A stretch of DNA of 64,000 nucleotides from Fibrobacteria bacterium (lineage in GTDB: Bacteria > Fibrobacterota > Fibrobacteria > UBA11236 > JADFYW01). Each line of letters opens with the position of its first letter. The stretch's first letter is position 1. The position numbers were made by a program, and so were the translations under genes. Below, piece by piece: positions 49,201 to 57,025 of this stretch. The DNA lies in assembly GCA_050294405.1 (NCBI GenBank), contig JBNKOC010000012.1, positions 128,001-192,000 of the forward strand, written 5' to 3'. Under the pieces are notes generated by a model, which worked only from the letters and a program-made list of their open reading frames with translations, made no database searches and was not told the DNA's origin.

Positions 49201-52200
49201 GTGATAGTGATAAAAACATTGATGAAAATGTGAAATATTATATAGTTCCAGATATTGAAGGATTTTCGCTGAAAAATAATGGAGTATATAAAAATGGAAA
49301 TAATACTTGGAAAATAATACCTGGTAAGCCCCGCCCTCAAATTGGAAATTGGGTAGAACCCAAATGTTTTCATAACAACTATTTGGTAAAAATAGAAGAT
49401 AAAGTAGGTCGTATCTTTAACTTTAGTCTTTGGGTACCTAATTGGTTAAAGTTAAATCCAAACATTGAATTGGATGATTCCAAAAAAAATGCAATAAAAG
49501 ATGTTCTTATTAGTTCAGCATTAAAGATGTTTAAACTGGAAGAATACGTCTTTGACCTGTCTGAAAAAATCACCGTTCACCTGGATAAATCCCCGGATTT
49601 TTTGAATGAGTTAGGAAAAACTTTTGAGGAAGGATTTAATGAAAATACAATTAAGAAAGAATTAGATTCTATTTATTACAAAATTATTGATGAAGAAAAT
49701 GTATCCCAAAATGACTATGCTGGTATAATTCTAGCTTTTAACACAAAAGTTTGGGATAGTGTTTTTCTTCCGCAGCTATTTATTCGTGGCTATTTATCCG
49801 ATGAAGAGGGTGGTAATATCATAAAAAATAACAAGCCAGAAATTATTCAATACTTGCAAAATATGCCAAATGGTTTTGAAAACTATTTACATAAATCTGC
49901 CGGAAATAATTTGTTAAACCAGAATGAAGAAAATTTATCAGATGCAAACCAATTAATTGGGTATTTAAAAAATAAATTGGAGGAGTATTTAAATGGTTCA
50001 GGGAACGACGGCCCTAATATTCTCCAGGACTTCAAAGAATATATTGAGAGGAAATTGGTTGTAATTCTTAAAAATTTGTTTTTAGAAAAAGAAACAAAAG
50101 AAGCACCCCCGATAACTCCCGTTCTTTTAAAGGAAATTTCCGAAGGGTTACACATTAGCTTGGGAAGTATTTCAGATAATCGTAATAAAAATCAGAGAGA
50201 AATATTAAGCGGTCTTGGGATACTTTTAAGTGAGGGTGGCAGTAATTTTTATTGTCTGAATAAGGCAGAGATCAAATTAAAGGGTAATGATACAGAAAAT
50301 GTAATTGTTCCCCTTAGGATAGCAAAAAATTTTGGGATGGCAAACTCTGTAATAAGCTATAATAATGAAACTTTAATTGGCGATACCAATTCAGAGACTG
50401 ATGGAAGTAACTTCGATCCGCTTTTTAAATTTAAGAAATTGAATGGTGAAAATTTACCCAAGCTTAAATTTGGGAATTCGTATTCTATAGTAATATTTAA
50501 AATTTCATATTCAGGAACAGTTCCAGATATAGTAAGTACTTTATCTCGAAGTAATGAAAATTTAATTGACTTGTCACAAAGCAATGAGGAATATGTAACG
50601 GGAACTGCTATTAAAAGTAATTTCCTTAAGAAAACCAAGTATTTAAGAGATGTTCCGGTGGGAACACCCCTTTTAAACCATACAGATAATACGGATAGTG
50701 AAAGACCACTTTTCGACCCAATCCCGAAAGGTGTATTTCCTTTGGCTAGTGAATTAGAAACGCCAACATTATTGCATTACTTATATCCGGGCGATGAGGA
50801 ATACTTTTTTTATGAAAATAGTCTCTCGGAAGGATTGTTTAATTTTTTCGAAAGAGAAGTTAAAATTGTTTTTTCCAAATTTTCTGTTCCTCTTTCTAAT
50901 CAAGACTTGTGGATAAATATTTATTCAAATGATAGTGGAGTTAATGCTATCCCCTCAATATCAGCAAAGTTGTGTGTAAATAAGAAAGATAATATGGAAT
51001 TAGATTTTAAGTTATGCAAGGAAAATGGTAATAATGTTGTGTTATACAAATTTCAAGATGGAGGCAGTCCAATTAAAATTTGGAGTGACAATGACCCCAA
51101 TTTTAAAATTGATAACGGATTTATTTCCCTTAAATTAAACAAAAATGTAAATGGGGAAAATCGTGAAATTTCGTATTCCACGCCATTTGTTAGGGAAGAT
51201 TCTTCATCCACTTTCTTATTATCGAAAAGTGATTACGGAAAAAACAAACTGCCCATAATGCTTTTAGGAGAAGATGAGAAAGCCTTTACATTAAAAATGC
51301 CCAAAACAGACCCGCAAACATTTCATCACTGGCATGGGTCTGTCGATGGCCAGAATAATGAGTCTAAAGAAGACCCTGCAGTCGATAAGCTTTTTTGTGA
51401 AATTGTTTTCCTTGAAAATAGACATCGTGATAAAATATTTGAGCTGGATGGAAATAAAAATATTGTGTTTAAATTAAAGGGGGAAAAGGATAATGATGTT
51501 TTAGTTACAAATAATGGAAACCAACATATAATATCTGTTGTACCGGGTACGCAGCATTTGGTGCGTATTTATAGTGGTGTAAATTTTAAGTACTTTAAAC
51601 AACAGGATAACGACCAAAAAATTTATTCCTATTTAAGAGTTGGGAGGGAACAACATACAGTAAGTGGAATATCTTATGTATTGTTTAGCCCTTTTCAATT
51701 TATTGTGGAAGCTGTTTATAAGTTAGATGAATTACCTAATGACTTGTTTGATAATGTATCTATAACAGACGCCGAGGACAAGATCCAGGGTTTTGTTAAC
51801 GGCGGGTTTGCGAGCAAAAGAATTTTAAAATATTACCATAAAGTAGATTCTAATTTGCAGCAATGGAGGTGGAATGGGCTTCCACTACCAATTGATAAAA
51901 ATTTGGAAGAATACGATAAAATGGTGGCAAGCTGGTTTGAACAATCAGGAGATGGATGTTACAACCAAACCAGCCAAAAAATTTCTGCTAAAAATTGGAG
52001 TTCCAACAAAAAGGTGGCCCTGTTTGAAAAAGATATAAGCTTAGATACAAGGGCCCATTATTACCGAATGCACTTTGTATTTCACAATAGGTACAATGGT
52101 TTTATCAAAGCAGAACCGCAAATCTTGAAAAATGGAAATGAATTATGGAAAAAAATTAGAGTACCTAACAGGATGGAGAGTAATCTCAGAACTCCATCCA

Positions 52201-53018
52201 TTCGTCTAATCATTCCTCTAACAAAGAACTACATCAAAAGTGATGGGAGTCATATTTATCAGGCTTTGGTGATATTGAACGAAGGCTGGTTTGAAGATTG
52301 CGGGTATGAGGAAAAATTAAAATGTGAAATTGAATCTGTTGCAAAAGGAAAGAATGATGAGGAGAATGGGGAAAAAATACCTCAGGTTGGATGGGACCCT
52401 ATATTAACAAAAGAAAAATGGGAGGGTGATGCTCCAAGTATTAATATAATTGGTCCATTTGGGCATAGCTTTGATGCTGATACTCAGGAAAATAGTTTTT
52501 CATTTTGTTCCTTCCGCTTGTCTATTGAAATAGATAATTCAGATAAAATTAGCTCACAGGATCACTTATTCGCAAAGTTAAAATTTTGGAGAGAATCGCC
52601 CAAAGAAACAAATGGCCCCCTTAAAAGTGTTCCTACCCTTTCCCAGTGGGTGGAATTTTTACCACCCGCAGATGATTTGAATTCCGCATCTAAGGAGTCT
52701 CATGGAAACTTTGTCTATGGGTATTTAGTAACCAAAATTGTGACAGACATCTCATCAAAAATGGAAACGGAGGAGTTTGTATCATTGGATTTTAAACCTC
52801 CTAATAAACGTGATAGAAAATACCGACGTAGAATTTTGGAATTTTTAATACCTGATATTGGGCTAAATGGGTTTAACCTCAAAACAACGAATAACATAAA
52901 ATTGGATAAAGCTGGAAGTGTCTGGGAGCTTATTTTTGGTAATTCCCAGAGCCCAACCCCTCCAGCCCTTTTAACTAGGGTAAGCAATCCGTATTCAACA
53001 ACTGAATTGAAAAAATAA
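43221..53018 (+). CDS. Giant hypothetical protein, 3265 aa
   Basis: Uninterrupted 9.8 kb ORF; helical segment around aa 1040-1380, Gly/hydrophobic beta-strand segment around aa 1500-1825; no signal peptide or known repeats. Confidence 0.85.
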   Translation: MKKISKIDFYDSGKTVLKTINVDGWKKLSADENSNSIQFSHIKIKFEDGKVYWIYGLELSEDERKKISKDLELKNKIIQKNYQTRTEIKIKLFIPYFFSKDQVAKVTLKIDPNAKQINNLKLAVCYEKQFYVVLSYFNNIDDFGKIENEDWCTKLGRKLIDSPSLIFKSLWPKFESIFENEYYLTFSITNDIQKKNKFNNAVFNLDYELKEDAEVNIIPGYSPMAEAKIPDYYILEIRNAKTNKKDDVAKIIFNLHEKISAVKSSFPLSSLPALTTEVDGWNFFYEIKKEYKEGKFNRFFIEKELPKLICPACFPGQITSANLFDKENQNLQWNIECKPFKFNEQNYPILCSAKLFEFYLEFKVLNSIKEYDVRFGSLDLITNSVYPPPSSSQEHSIFHFIVEKKINLESYSIVEIIKCSINFPIKTFIPGNIDDLQKIEAKPNRDSSFKTENNIILIPDKRNTITGDAPLNYVLRIEEFLKTNRSHSLLAKIIAVNNNNVKIPTHKWIVVNTENHFVAGVEIKNNTELKNGFEIAKWSDFGTDRYKWMFQGFGNVEIELTLPPQSIGEEFERREDIGEGDKLKFAFSPSTKITLSDKLLNRNWGPAYWSLNQWLGEMGQKDPGSDVVNLTMELLYGLEVNINEKEYEGENRLKISKLFSLIGNVPNIPQVLSSSSKGEFKNWYEELVKYKKTVMSYLEVLQLRRPGQANSVSITSGLRFLLRKDVLKKPQSEDNGPPDLLKGGALWGLPSSSSNVYKMLVDSPISKKGELENVYLSSLGGWGKFVSDYDKVKIISNTMKGRTSNYSLELLGRVGVFGNLAKYVAVFERTTFPSEQFRETQNKHINRPIVRKVKEYIEILEDEKEINQQFIKSCKFNKGVKIAVDSIWGEDFISEDGAELFKGWKIPLWQKDISDETYPMPEMFLDCQSLSESETGIYSNQISNPENVYFYFISEPTGFPVEKWPAISGIDFCNLPNPKNNEVPELNKDSLNSMLPDAPSVASGFGNMTFNLLSTNVFTALQQSGEGFVAANIENVTLSCSEEIVNSLPEELTEINGFQESFNKIWASSKREGEELKKIKTYFKDKCAEITEGFKTGLIDSIASVTNRTKDLKTKLETIQADAGSRIESGRNKIHKFVDEISRSLELLIQKNNPLYSISKNVTDKILKLKSEAEKIIIDSGSNIQRKKLEINNKIQETIGLINDLEDINNIQINIGQYNFEFDMGISETIKSQIDEIVGFLNKCKFEGDSLDSNILNPIENWETKLKELKVYIVFDFVSKINNALVKDDSCFQKKANKAWEEFCNNNKELNLPDLNGSLIPIKNNINDLIDEVIGNIFEEFPDKIKGEGDEAVAYFQACKNLVLSYYQKSGLAGNIQNGRNAVRILRAWGSAPDVPGMKFNRRKLAYYFKEGQKEIETSPVVISLKDKVKDVFHKLDSLVPFDLKNPTKVLKDRWEFIKDGFVNEGEVYLKDFIRSLGGASLDKLLPKIPVPHNLNKYLEIKNGFHKATGMAWVDLRLNYPIPQSSILYEVNPVKILLKNIRLRAYTKLEASKSGVQNEIGSGNLNADWELELGGTKIITFMDVDVSFNNRGEFDFRLSPDKIILHGVLDVIKSIFPKNYKGNGLSIGLFEENSIPVGIQALLSLSMPDITIGSLSASGLVLKAPFSIAYKNGEFGMGFGFSIGSKNTPFSITLFGVSGACWLENNFFMAGNRTLSRTSMGVAVGMNFGLNIMDIVYGRAYVFFGINIESVSDNGLNKNDYSYSVFILIAGELSVLGLLTAQLKILLEVVYNNGLLIGRGTVSIKIEMLFFDIKIKKSISYEFGDEGSSQNKHEYYKTLNTFDSLESKNNVVEDKGVSQAGGEGEGTTNFKLWSSIEKVGDNKYGVTLILGFEQDDQSILTADGIDKLISEMKKWKDVKNIKAYPVGNINNPITLNVSQEEDNNWYNGFFDKLKEKFNTASINNEKWLQYLEYYSTLPDPISQYLKLNLICTIRDSDKNIDENVKYYIVPDIEGFSLKNNGVYKNGNNTWKIIPGKPRPQIGNWVEPKCFHNNYLVKIEDKVGRIFNFSLWVPNWLKLNPNIELDDSKKNAIKDVLISSALKMFKLEEYVFDLSEKITVHLDKSPDFLNELGKTFEEGFNENTIKKELDSIYYKIIDEENVSQNDYAGIILAFNTKVWDSVFLPQLFIRGYLSDEEGGNIIKNNKPEIIQYLQNMPNGFENYLHKSAGNNLLNQNEENLSDANQLIGYLKNKLEEYLNGSGNDGPNILQDFKEYIERKLVVILKNLFLEKETKEAPPITPVLLKEISEGLHISLGSISDNRNKNQREILSGLGILLSEGGSNFYCLNKAEIKLKGNDTENVIVPLRIAKNFGMANSVISYNNETLIGDTNSETDGSNFDPLFKFKKLNGENLPKLKFGNSYSIVIFKISYSGTVPDIVSTLSRSNENLIDLSQSNEEYVTGTAIKSNFLKKTKYLRDVPVGTPLLNHTDNTDSERPLFDPIPKGVFPLASELETPTLLHYLYPGDEEYFFYENSLSEGLFNFFEREVKIVFSKFSVPLSNQDLWINIYSNDSGVNAIPSISAKLCVNKKDNMELDFKLCKENGNNVVLYKFQDGGSPIKIWSDNDPNFKIDNGFISLKLNKNVNGENREISYSTPFVREDSSSTFLLSKSDYGKNKLPIMLLGEDEKAFTLKMPKTDPQTFHHWHGSVDGQNNESKEDPAVDKLFCEIVFLENRHRDKIFELDGNKNIVFKLKGEKDNDVLVTNNGNQHIISVVPGTQHLVRIYSGVNFKYFKQQDNDQKIYSYLRVGREQHTVSGISYVLFSPFQFIVEAVYKLDELPNDLFDNVSITDAEDKIQGFVNGGFASKRILKYYHKVDSNLQQWRWNGLPLPIDKNLEEYDKMVASWFEQSGDGCYNQTSQKISAKNWSSNKKVALFEKDISLDTRAHYYRMHFVFHNRYNGFIKAEPQILKNGNELWKKIRVPNRMESNLRTPSIRLIIPLTKNYIKSDGSHIYQALVILNEGWFEDCGYEEKLKCEIESVAKGKNDEENGEKIPQVGWDPILTKEKWEGDAPSINIIGPFGHSFDADTQENSFSFCSFRLSIEIDNSDKISSQDHLFAKLKFWRESPKETNGPLKSVPTLSQWVEFLPPADDLNSASKESHGNFVYGYLVTKIVTDISSKMETEEFVSLDFKPPNKRDRKYRRRILEFLIPDIGLNGFNLKTTNNIKLDKAGSVWELIFGNSQSPTPPALLTRVSNPYSTTELKK

Positions 53019-53173
53019 GAAAAGGAAGGGCTAAAAAAGGAAAATAAAGTGGAAATTGGCTTACCATCCTTAGACTTTGCAAATGAGGCCTACCACTAAA
53101 CCAAATTATTCCTTCCAATTAAAAAAACGCCGCCAGTGGACCTAATCTAGCCAGTCCTGTTTTTTTTTAAAAA

Positions 53174-53195
53174 TATGTAGCCAAGTAGCTACATA
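53174..53195 (+). promoter_or_regulatory. Palindromic operator upstream of the ArsR-family gene
   Basis: TATGTAGC-N6-GCTACATA perfect inverted repeat next to an extended -10 (TGgTATATT, 53198-53206). Confidence 0.72.
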
Positions 53196-53213
53196 AATGG
53201 TATATTCATAAAT

Positions 53214-53546
53214 ATGAAAACCCGGAGAGACCCTTTTCAAGCCATTGCCGACCCAACACGAAGGGCTATTTTAGTCTTGTTGGCATCGCAAACCATGACA
53301 GCGGGGGCGATTGCCGGACATTTTGACGCAGCCCGTCCCACTATCTCTAAACACATGCAGGTGCTGGGAGAGTGTGGTCTTATTGATTCCCGCTCGCAAG
53401 GCAGGGAGATGCATTACAGCCTCAAGGCTGAAAACATGCAGCAAATCGACCGCTGGCTGGATCAATTCCGGCGTTTGTGGGAAACTCGCTATAGCCAATT
53501 GGACGAAGTTTTAATCACCCTAAAAAAACAAGGAAGGAAAAAATGA
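53214..53546 (+). CDS. ArsR/SmtB-family transcription factor
   Basis: DPFQAIADPTRRAIL and RPTISKHMQVL motifs. Confidence 0.93.
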   Translation: MKTRRDPFQAIADPTRRAILVLLASQTMTAGAIAGHFDAARPTISKHMQVLGECGLIDSRSQGREMHYSLKAENMQQIDRWLDQFRRLWETRYSQLDEVLITLKKQGRKK

Positions 53547-54055
53547 TTGGAAAAATGCAGTTCGATTTTATTGTAAATAAGGAGAATAGTACTCTCACTA
53601 TGAAAAGAGAATTTGCCGCTGCCCGGCAGTTGGTGTGGGATTGCTATACAAAGGAGGAATTGCTAGAGCGTTGGTTTGCGCCGAAACCCTTTACAGCCAA
53701 ATCTAAGGAGATGGATTTCAGGGCAGGGGGAAAGTGGCTCTATGCCATGGTGGAACCCGGCGGCAATGAACACTGGGGACTTACAGAGTTTGTGGAAATC
53801 AACCCCATTGATTCCTATACATCGCTGGACGGCTTTTGCGACTCCGAAGGGGTGTTAAATCCGGCATTGCCCAGGGCAAAATGGAATGTGAGCTTTAAAG
53901 ATCTGGGAGAGCATACTCTGGTGGAAACTGTGGTGCAGTACAATTCCCTGCAGGATCTTGAAACCATTATTAAAATGGGTATGGAAGAAGGCATGGCCTC
54001 TACCTTGGAAAGACTGGATGAATTGCTGGCTCAATTGGCCGAAGAATCCAAATAA
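53543..54055 (+). CDS. SRPBCC (AHSA1/START-like) protein
   Basis: REFAA.R.LVW..YT..E.L..W..P, MDFRAGGKW and GMEEG...LERLDELL motifs; ATGA overlap with the ArsR gene. Confidence 0.92.
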   Translation: MIGKMQFDFIVNKENSTLTMKREFAAARQLVWDCYTKEELLERWFAPKPFTAKSKEMDFRAGGKWLYAMVEPGGNEHWGLTEFVEINPIDSYTSLDGFCDSEGVLNPALPRAKWNVSFKDLGEHTLVETVVQYNSLQDLETIIKMGMEEGMASTLERLDELLAQLAEESK

Positions 54056-54121
54056 CATTTATTTAGGTGTCGTTTTACTCTTTCAAGCTCGCGGTGGGCT
54101 GCACTAAAGAAAGGAAAGGGT

Positions 54122-54475
54122 TTAAATCCCTTTAAAGAAAAGCAAGCCCCATCCAATTAAAAACAAAACCCCGCCTATGGGAGTGATGGCTCCGAAACTT
54201 TTAATTCCGGATAAGCTAAGAGTATATAAGCTTCCGGAAAACACCAGGATTCCAGCTGTAAATAGCCCGCCCAATACATTAAGGCTTGTGCCCTTGTTGT
54301 AGGCGTAAAGAGAGAGGGCTAAAAGGGCCAGGGTATGAAATATTTGGTACTGCAATCCGATTTGAAAAATTTCAAACCTGTCTGGAGATAACTTTCCTTT
54401 TAACATATGCCCGCCAAATGCCCCCAGGGCCACAGACAAAAATCCAAAGGCGGCCGAAACTTTTATCCACAACAT
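54122..54475 (-). CDS. DUF423 membrane protein
   Basis: VALGAFGGH, YQIFH, FSGSLY and ITPIGG motifs. Confidence 0.9.
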   Translation of the reverse strand: MLWIKVSAAFGFLSVALGAFGGHMLKGKLSPDRFEIFQIGLQYQIFHTLALLALSLYAYNKGTSLNVLGGLFTAGILVFSGSLYTLSLSGIKSFGAITPIGGVLFLIGWGLLFFKGI

Positions 54476-54478
54476 GTT

Positions 54479-54775
54479 TTACTCCGCATCGTAAATCACG
54501 ACTTTATCAAAAAATTGAGCAAAATTATCCCGGAAGGCATCGTGAATGGGGTCGTCCTGGTATTCCATTTGTTTTTCATATGTCTCATTAACAATAGTAA
54601 GTAAGTAATCGTAGTCTTTTTGAATAATTTCTCTGTCTGTTTGTGCTGGTTTTCCCACCCAACCATGAGCCACGGACTTTATGGTGGTTAAGCTCTGAGC
54701 CCCTTTTTCAAACGCGGTTATTTGTTCTGGGGTCATATTTTTTTTAAGGTAAAAAACAACAGAATGCACAAACAT
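54479..54775 (-). CDS. Dabb (stress-responsive alpha/beta barrel) protein
   Basis: FVHSVVFYLK and YQDDPIH motifs. Confidence 0.85.
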   Translation of the reverse strand: MFVHSVVFYLKKNMTPEQITAFEKGAQSLTTIKSVAHGWVGKPAQTDREIIQKDYDYLLTIVNETYEKQMEYQDDPIHDAFRDNFAQFFDKVVIYDAE

Positions 54776-54837
54776 AAAAACTCCTTCCTATTTAATAGGC
54801 AAAGAAATCTAATAAAATAAGAAAAGTTTTTTTTGGC

Positions 54838-55944
54838 CTAAAGCAGGCCCATTTTTTCTTTTAAAATAAGAATGCGCCTTACAGAACTATCGATGCGAGC
54901 TCTTGCGTCGGGATTTTCGTTAACCAAACGCAAAAGGCATTTTTGCATTATTTCCACCTTTTTTGGAAAGGTAATCATAAAAATATCGTTGCCTGCCCAA
55001 AAAGCCATTTCAAATAGTTTTTCAAAATCGGCATCGGAATATTTTACAGGATGCACTTTATCTACTCCACTAACATAACCCCGCAAGGCAGCTCCCCATA
55101 AATCATCGGTCATTAAAACTTTGTCTCCTGCAATGTCACGGGCAAGACCCACCATTTTTTGGGAAAAAACAGAAGGGCGCTCGCAAAATTTTTTGTAGAA
55201 AATGCTGCTTAACATAACCCCTGCCATGGGGCTTATGGTTTGGCGAAAGGCTTCGATATTTTCGGCCACATGAAGGGAATCTGCGTGGCTGATAGCTATA
55301 TGATGATCGGAATTGTCCATTACATCATAGCCTGGAAAATGTTTGGAGATACACCATATTCCGCTTTTTTGATAGCCCTTTACAAAGGCTAGGGCTGGGC
55401 CCACAATTTGATTGGCTTTGGGGCCAAAGGAACGTTTTTCCGCATGCATAAAGGTTTCTTTTCCCTCCCAGTTATGGGAGGGGTCCACCACGGGCGCCAG
55501 GTTCAGATTGATTCCCATTTTTTTAAGTTCGAATCCGATTTTTTCAGAAAGCTGGCTAATGGAATCTGAAGGCCAACTTTGGATGTCTGTGGCAGATGGT
55601 AAGTTTTTAAACTGAGGCAGGGAAACCAGGCGGTTTACTTTTCCCCCTTCCTGGTCCATCGACACAATCAACGGGATAGATAATTTGGATTGAGCCTCTT
55701 TAATTTCTTTCTGTAGCTTTTCAGGGTCTTTCATCATGTTAGACATTATGAGTACGCCACCAATATGGTATTTTTCCAGAAAGTTTAGAGGAGAATTATA
55801 AACCAAGAACATTTGTCCGATTTTTTCCTCCCAACTCATGTTTTGGATACGGGAATGTAAATCTGTTTTGGAGGCCAGGTTTGCTTGGGCCTGAATTAAA
55901 AGACTACATCCAAACCAAAATGCATAGATTTTCTTTTTCAACAT
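54838..55944 (-). CDS. GH3 glycoside hydrolase (NagZ-like), exported
   Basis: EEKIGQM, DQEGGKVNRL, NLAPVVD, KHFPG, MTDDL; signal peptide. Confidence 0.88.
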   Translation of the reverse strand: MLKKKIYAFWFGCSLLIQAQANLASKTDLHSRIQNMSWEEKIGQMFLVYNSPLNFLEKYHIGGVLIMSNMMKDPEKLQKEIKEAQSKLSIPLIVSMDQEGGKVNRLVSLPQFKNLPSATDIQSWPSDSISQLSEKIGFELKKMGINLNLAPVVDPSHNWEGKETFMHAEKRSFGPKANQIVGPALAFVKGYQKSGIWCISKHFPGYDVMDNSDHHIAISHADSLHVAENIEAFRQTISPMAGVMLSSIFYKKFCERPSVFSQKMVGLARDIAGDKVLMTDDLWGAALRGYVSGVDKVHPVKYSDADFEKLFEMAFWAGNDIFMITFPKKVEIMQKCLLRLVNENPDARARIDSSVRRILILKEKMGLL

Positions 55945-55959
55945 TCCTAATCTTTCTTT

Positions 55960-56175
55960 CTAATAATGGGGAGGCTTTTCATTGGAATCGGAGCGGGGCA
56001 TGCCAGTTTCGATTTGAATTATCCGGTCTGAGAACTCTTTTAGGTCTGTCTTGAGCCTGTCAATGGTCTTGCTTTGCTCAAACATAGTGAGGTTTACCTG
56101 ATTCAGGTTTTCTTCCATGTAAGCTAGTTTGCTCTCTAATTCCACCAGACGTGATTCTAAACTTTCCTCTGACAT
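55960..56175 (-). CDS. slyX: SlyX family protein
   Basis: RLVELESKLAYME coiled coil and C-terminal EKPPHY. Confidence 0.88.
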   Translation of the reverse strand: MSEESLESRLVELESKLAYMEENLNQVNLTMFEQSKTIDRLKTDLKEFSDRIIQIETGMPRSDSNEKPPHY

Positions 56176-56252
56176 AATCGAGCAACAATATACGATTTTA
56201 AAAAGGGGCTACCAACAACTCCCTGTATGCAGGATTGTCAAAGAACCCGAAG

Positions 56253-56900
56253 CTATTTTAAATAAGCTCCGAATTTATGGGCCGGACCATGCACAGATTC
56301 AATGGATTTAAGGGCCTTATCCATCCCCAAATCTTTTGCCTGAAAACGTTTTTTAAGACAAGCGCAAAAAACCTCTTTTAACACTTCGCAATCGTATAAA
56401 GCCCGGTGTAACTGGTCGCTTTTCACGTTAATATTGATTTGCGAACTTAATTTTTTAGCCAGGTCTCCCAATTTTTGGGAAGGAGCTTCCACCAGAATTT
56501 TTTTGGTAATTTTTAAACTGTCAATAATGGGGTTTTCGGGAATGCGAAGCCCCCCTTTTTTTAATGCCAAAGCTACAAATTCAGCATCGAAAGGGGCATT
56601 GTGGGCCACTAAGACAGTGGATAACCCGCAAAACCTCATGAATTCGGAAATCACATCTTTGGCCGGGGGAGCATTTTCCACCATCTGGTTGGTGATGTTG
56701 TGAATGCGGATGGAATCTTCTGGTATAAACATAGTGGGCTTGATAAGTTTGCCAAACTCTGCAATTTTTTTTGAAATAATTTTTCCGGCGCTTAATTCCA
56801 GAGTGAATTTAATTCCGGCAATTTCAATAATTTCATTGTTTCGTGGGTCAAGCCCGGTTGTTTCCACATCAAAGGCAACAAAGCTGATAAAGGGTACCAA
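56253..56900 (-). CDS. DEDDh 3'-5' exonuclease (DnaQ/PolC-like)
   Basis: FDVETTG, AHNAPFD and HRALYD motifs. Confidence 0.92.
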   Translation of the reverse strand: MVPFISFVAFDVETTGLDPRNNEIIEIAGIKFTLELSAGKIISKKIAEFGKLIKPTMFIPEDSIRIHNITNQMVENAPPAKDVISEFMRFCGLSTVLVAHNAPFDAEFVALALKKGGLRIPENPIIDSLKITKKILVEAPSQKLGDLAKKLSSQININVKSDQLHRALYDCEVLKEVFCACLKKRFQAKDLGMDKALKSIESVHGPAHKFGAYLK

Positions 56901-57025
56901 GAATCCTCCAATTTCATCAATTTGTGAACTAAGTTAGTAAAACTCGGCGGGCTTGGGAGATATACAAAGGCATAAGAGAGCATAAATTACTACATTGTTT
57001 TCCTGTAATAATCTAATGGAGCGCC

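Larger units (their letters stand above)
40340..53018. other. AT-rich accessory island
   Basis: Three hand-counted 60-nt lines in the giant ORF were 25-33% GC, against 47% and 58% for two flanking lines; genes unrelated to the flanks; no integrase or att site seen. Confidence 0.6.

Noticed and set aside
43221..53018. RHS/YD, RTX, Tc toxin, NRPS/PKS or adhesin identity for the giant ORF
   Set aside because: No YD repeats, PxxxxDPxG, GGxGxD nonapeptides, synthase motifs or tandem Ig repeats seen
40249..53213. Prophage, ICE or transposon call for the island
   Set aside because: No integrase, transposase, tRNA or phage structural genes; only a 7-nt CCATCCT shared by both flanks, which is not significant
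56969..56981. Possible sigma54 promoter before tssA (GGCATAAGAGAGC)
   Set aside because: GG-to-GC spacing is 9, not the required 10
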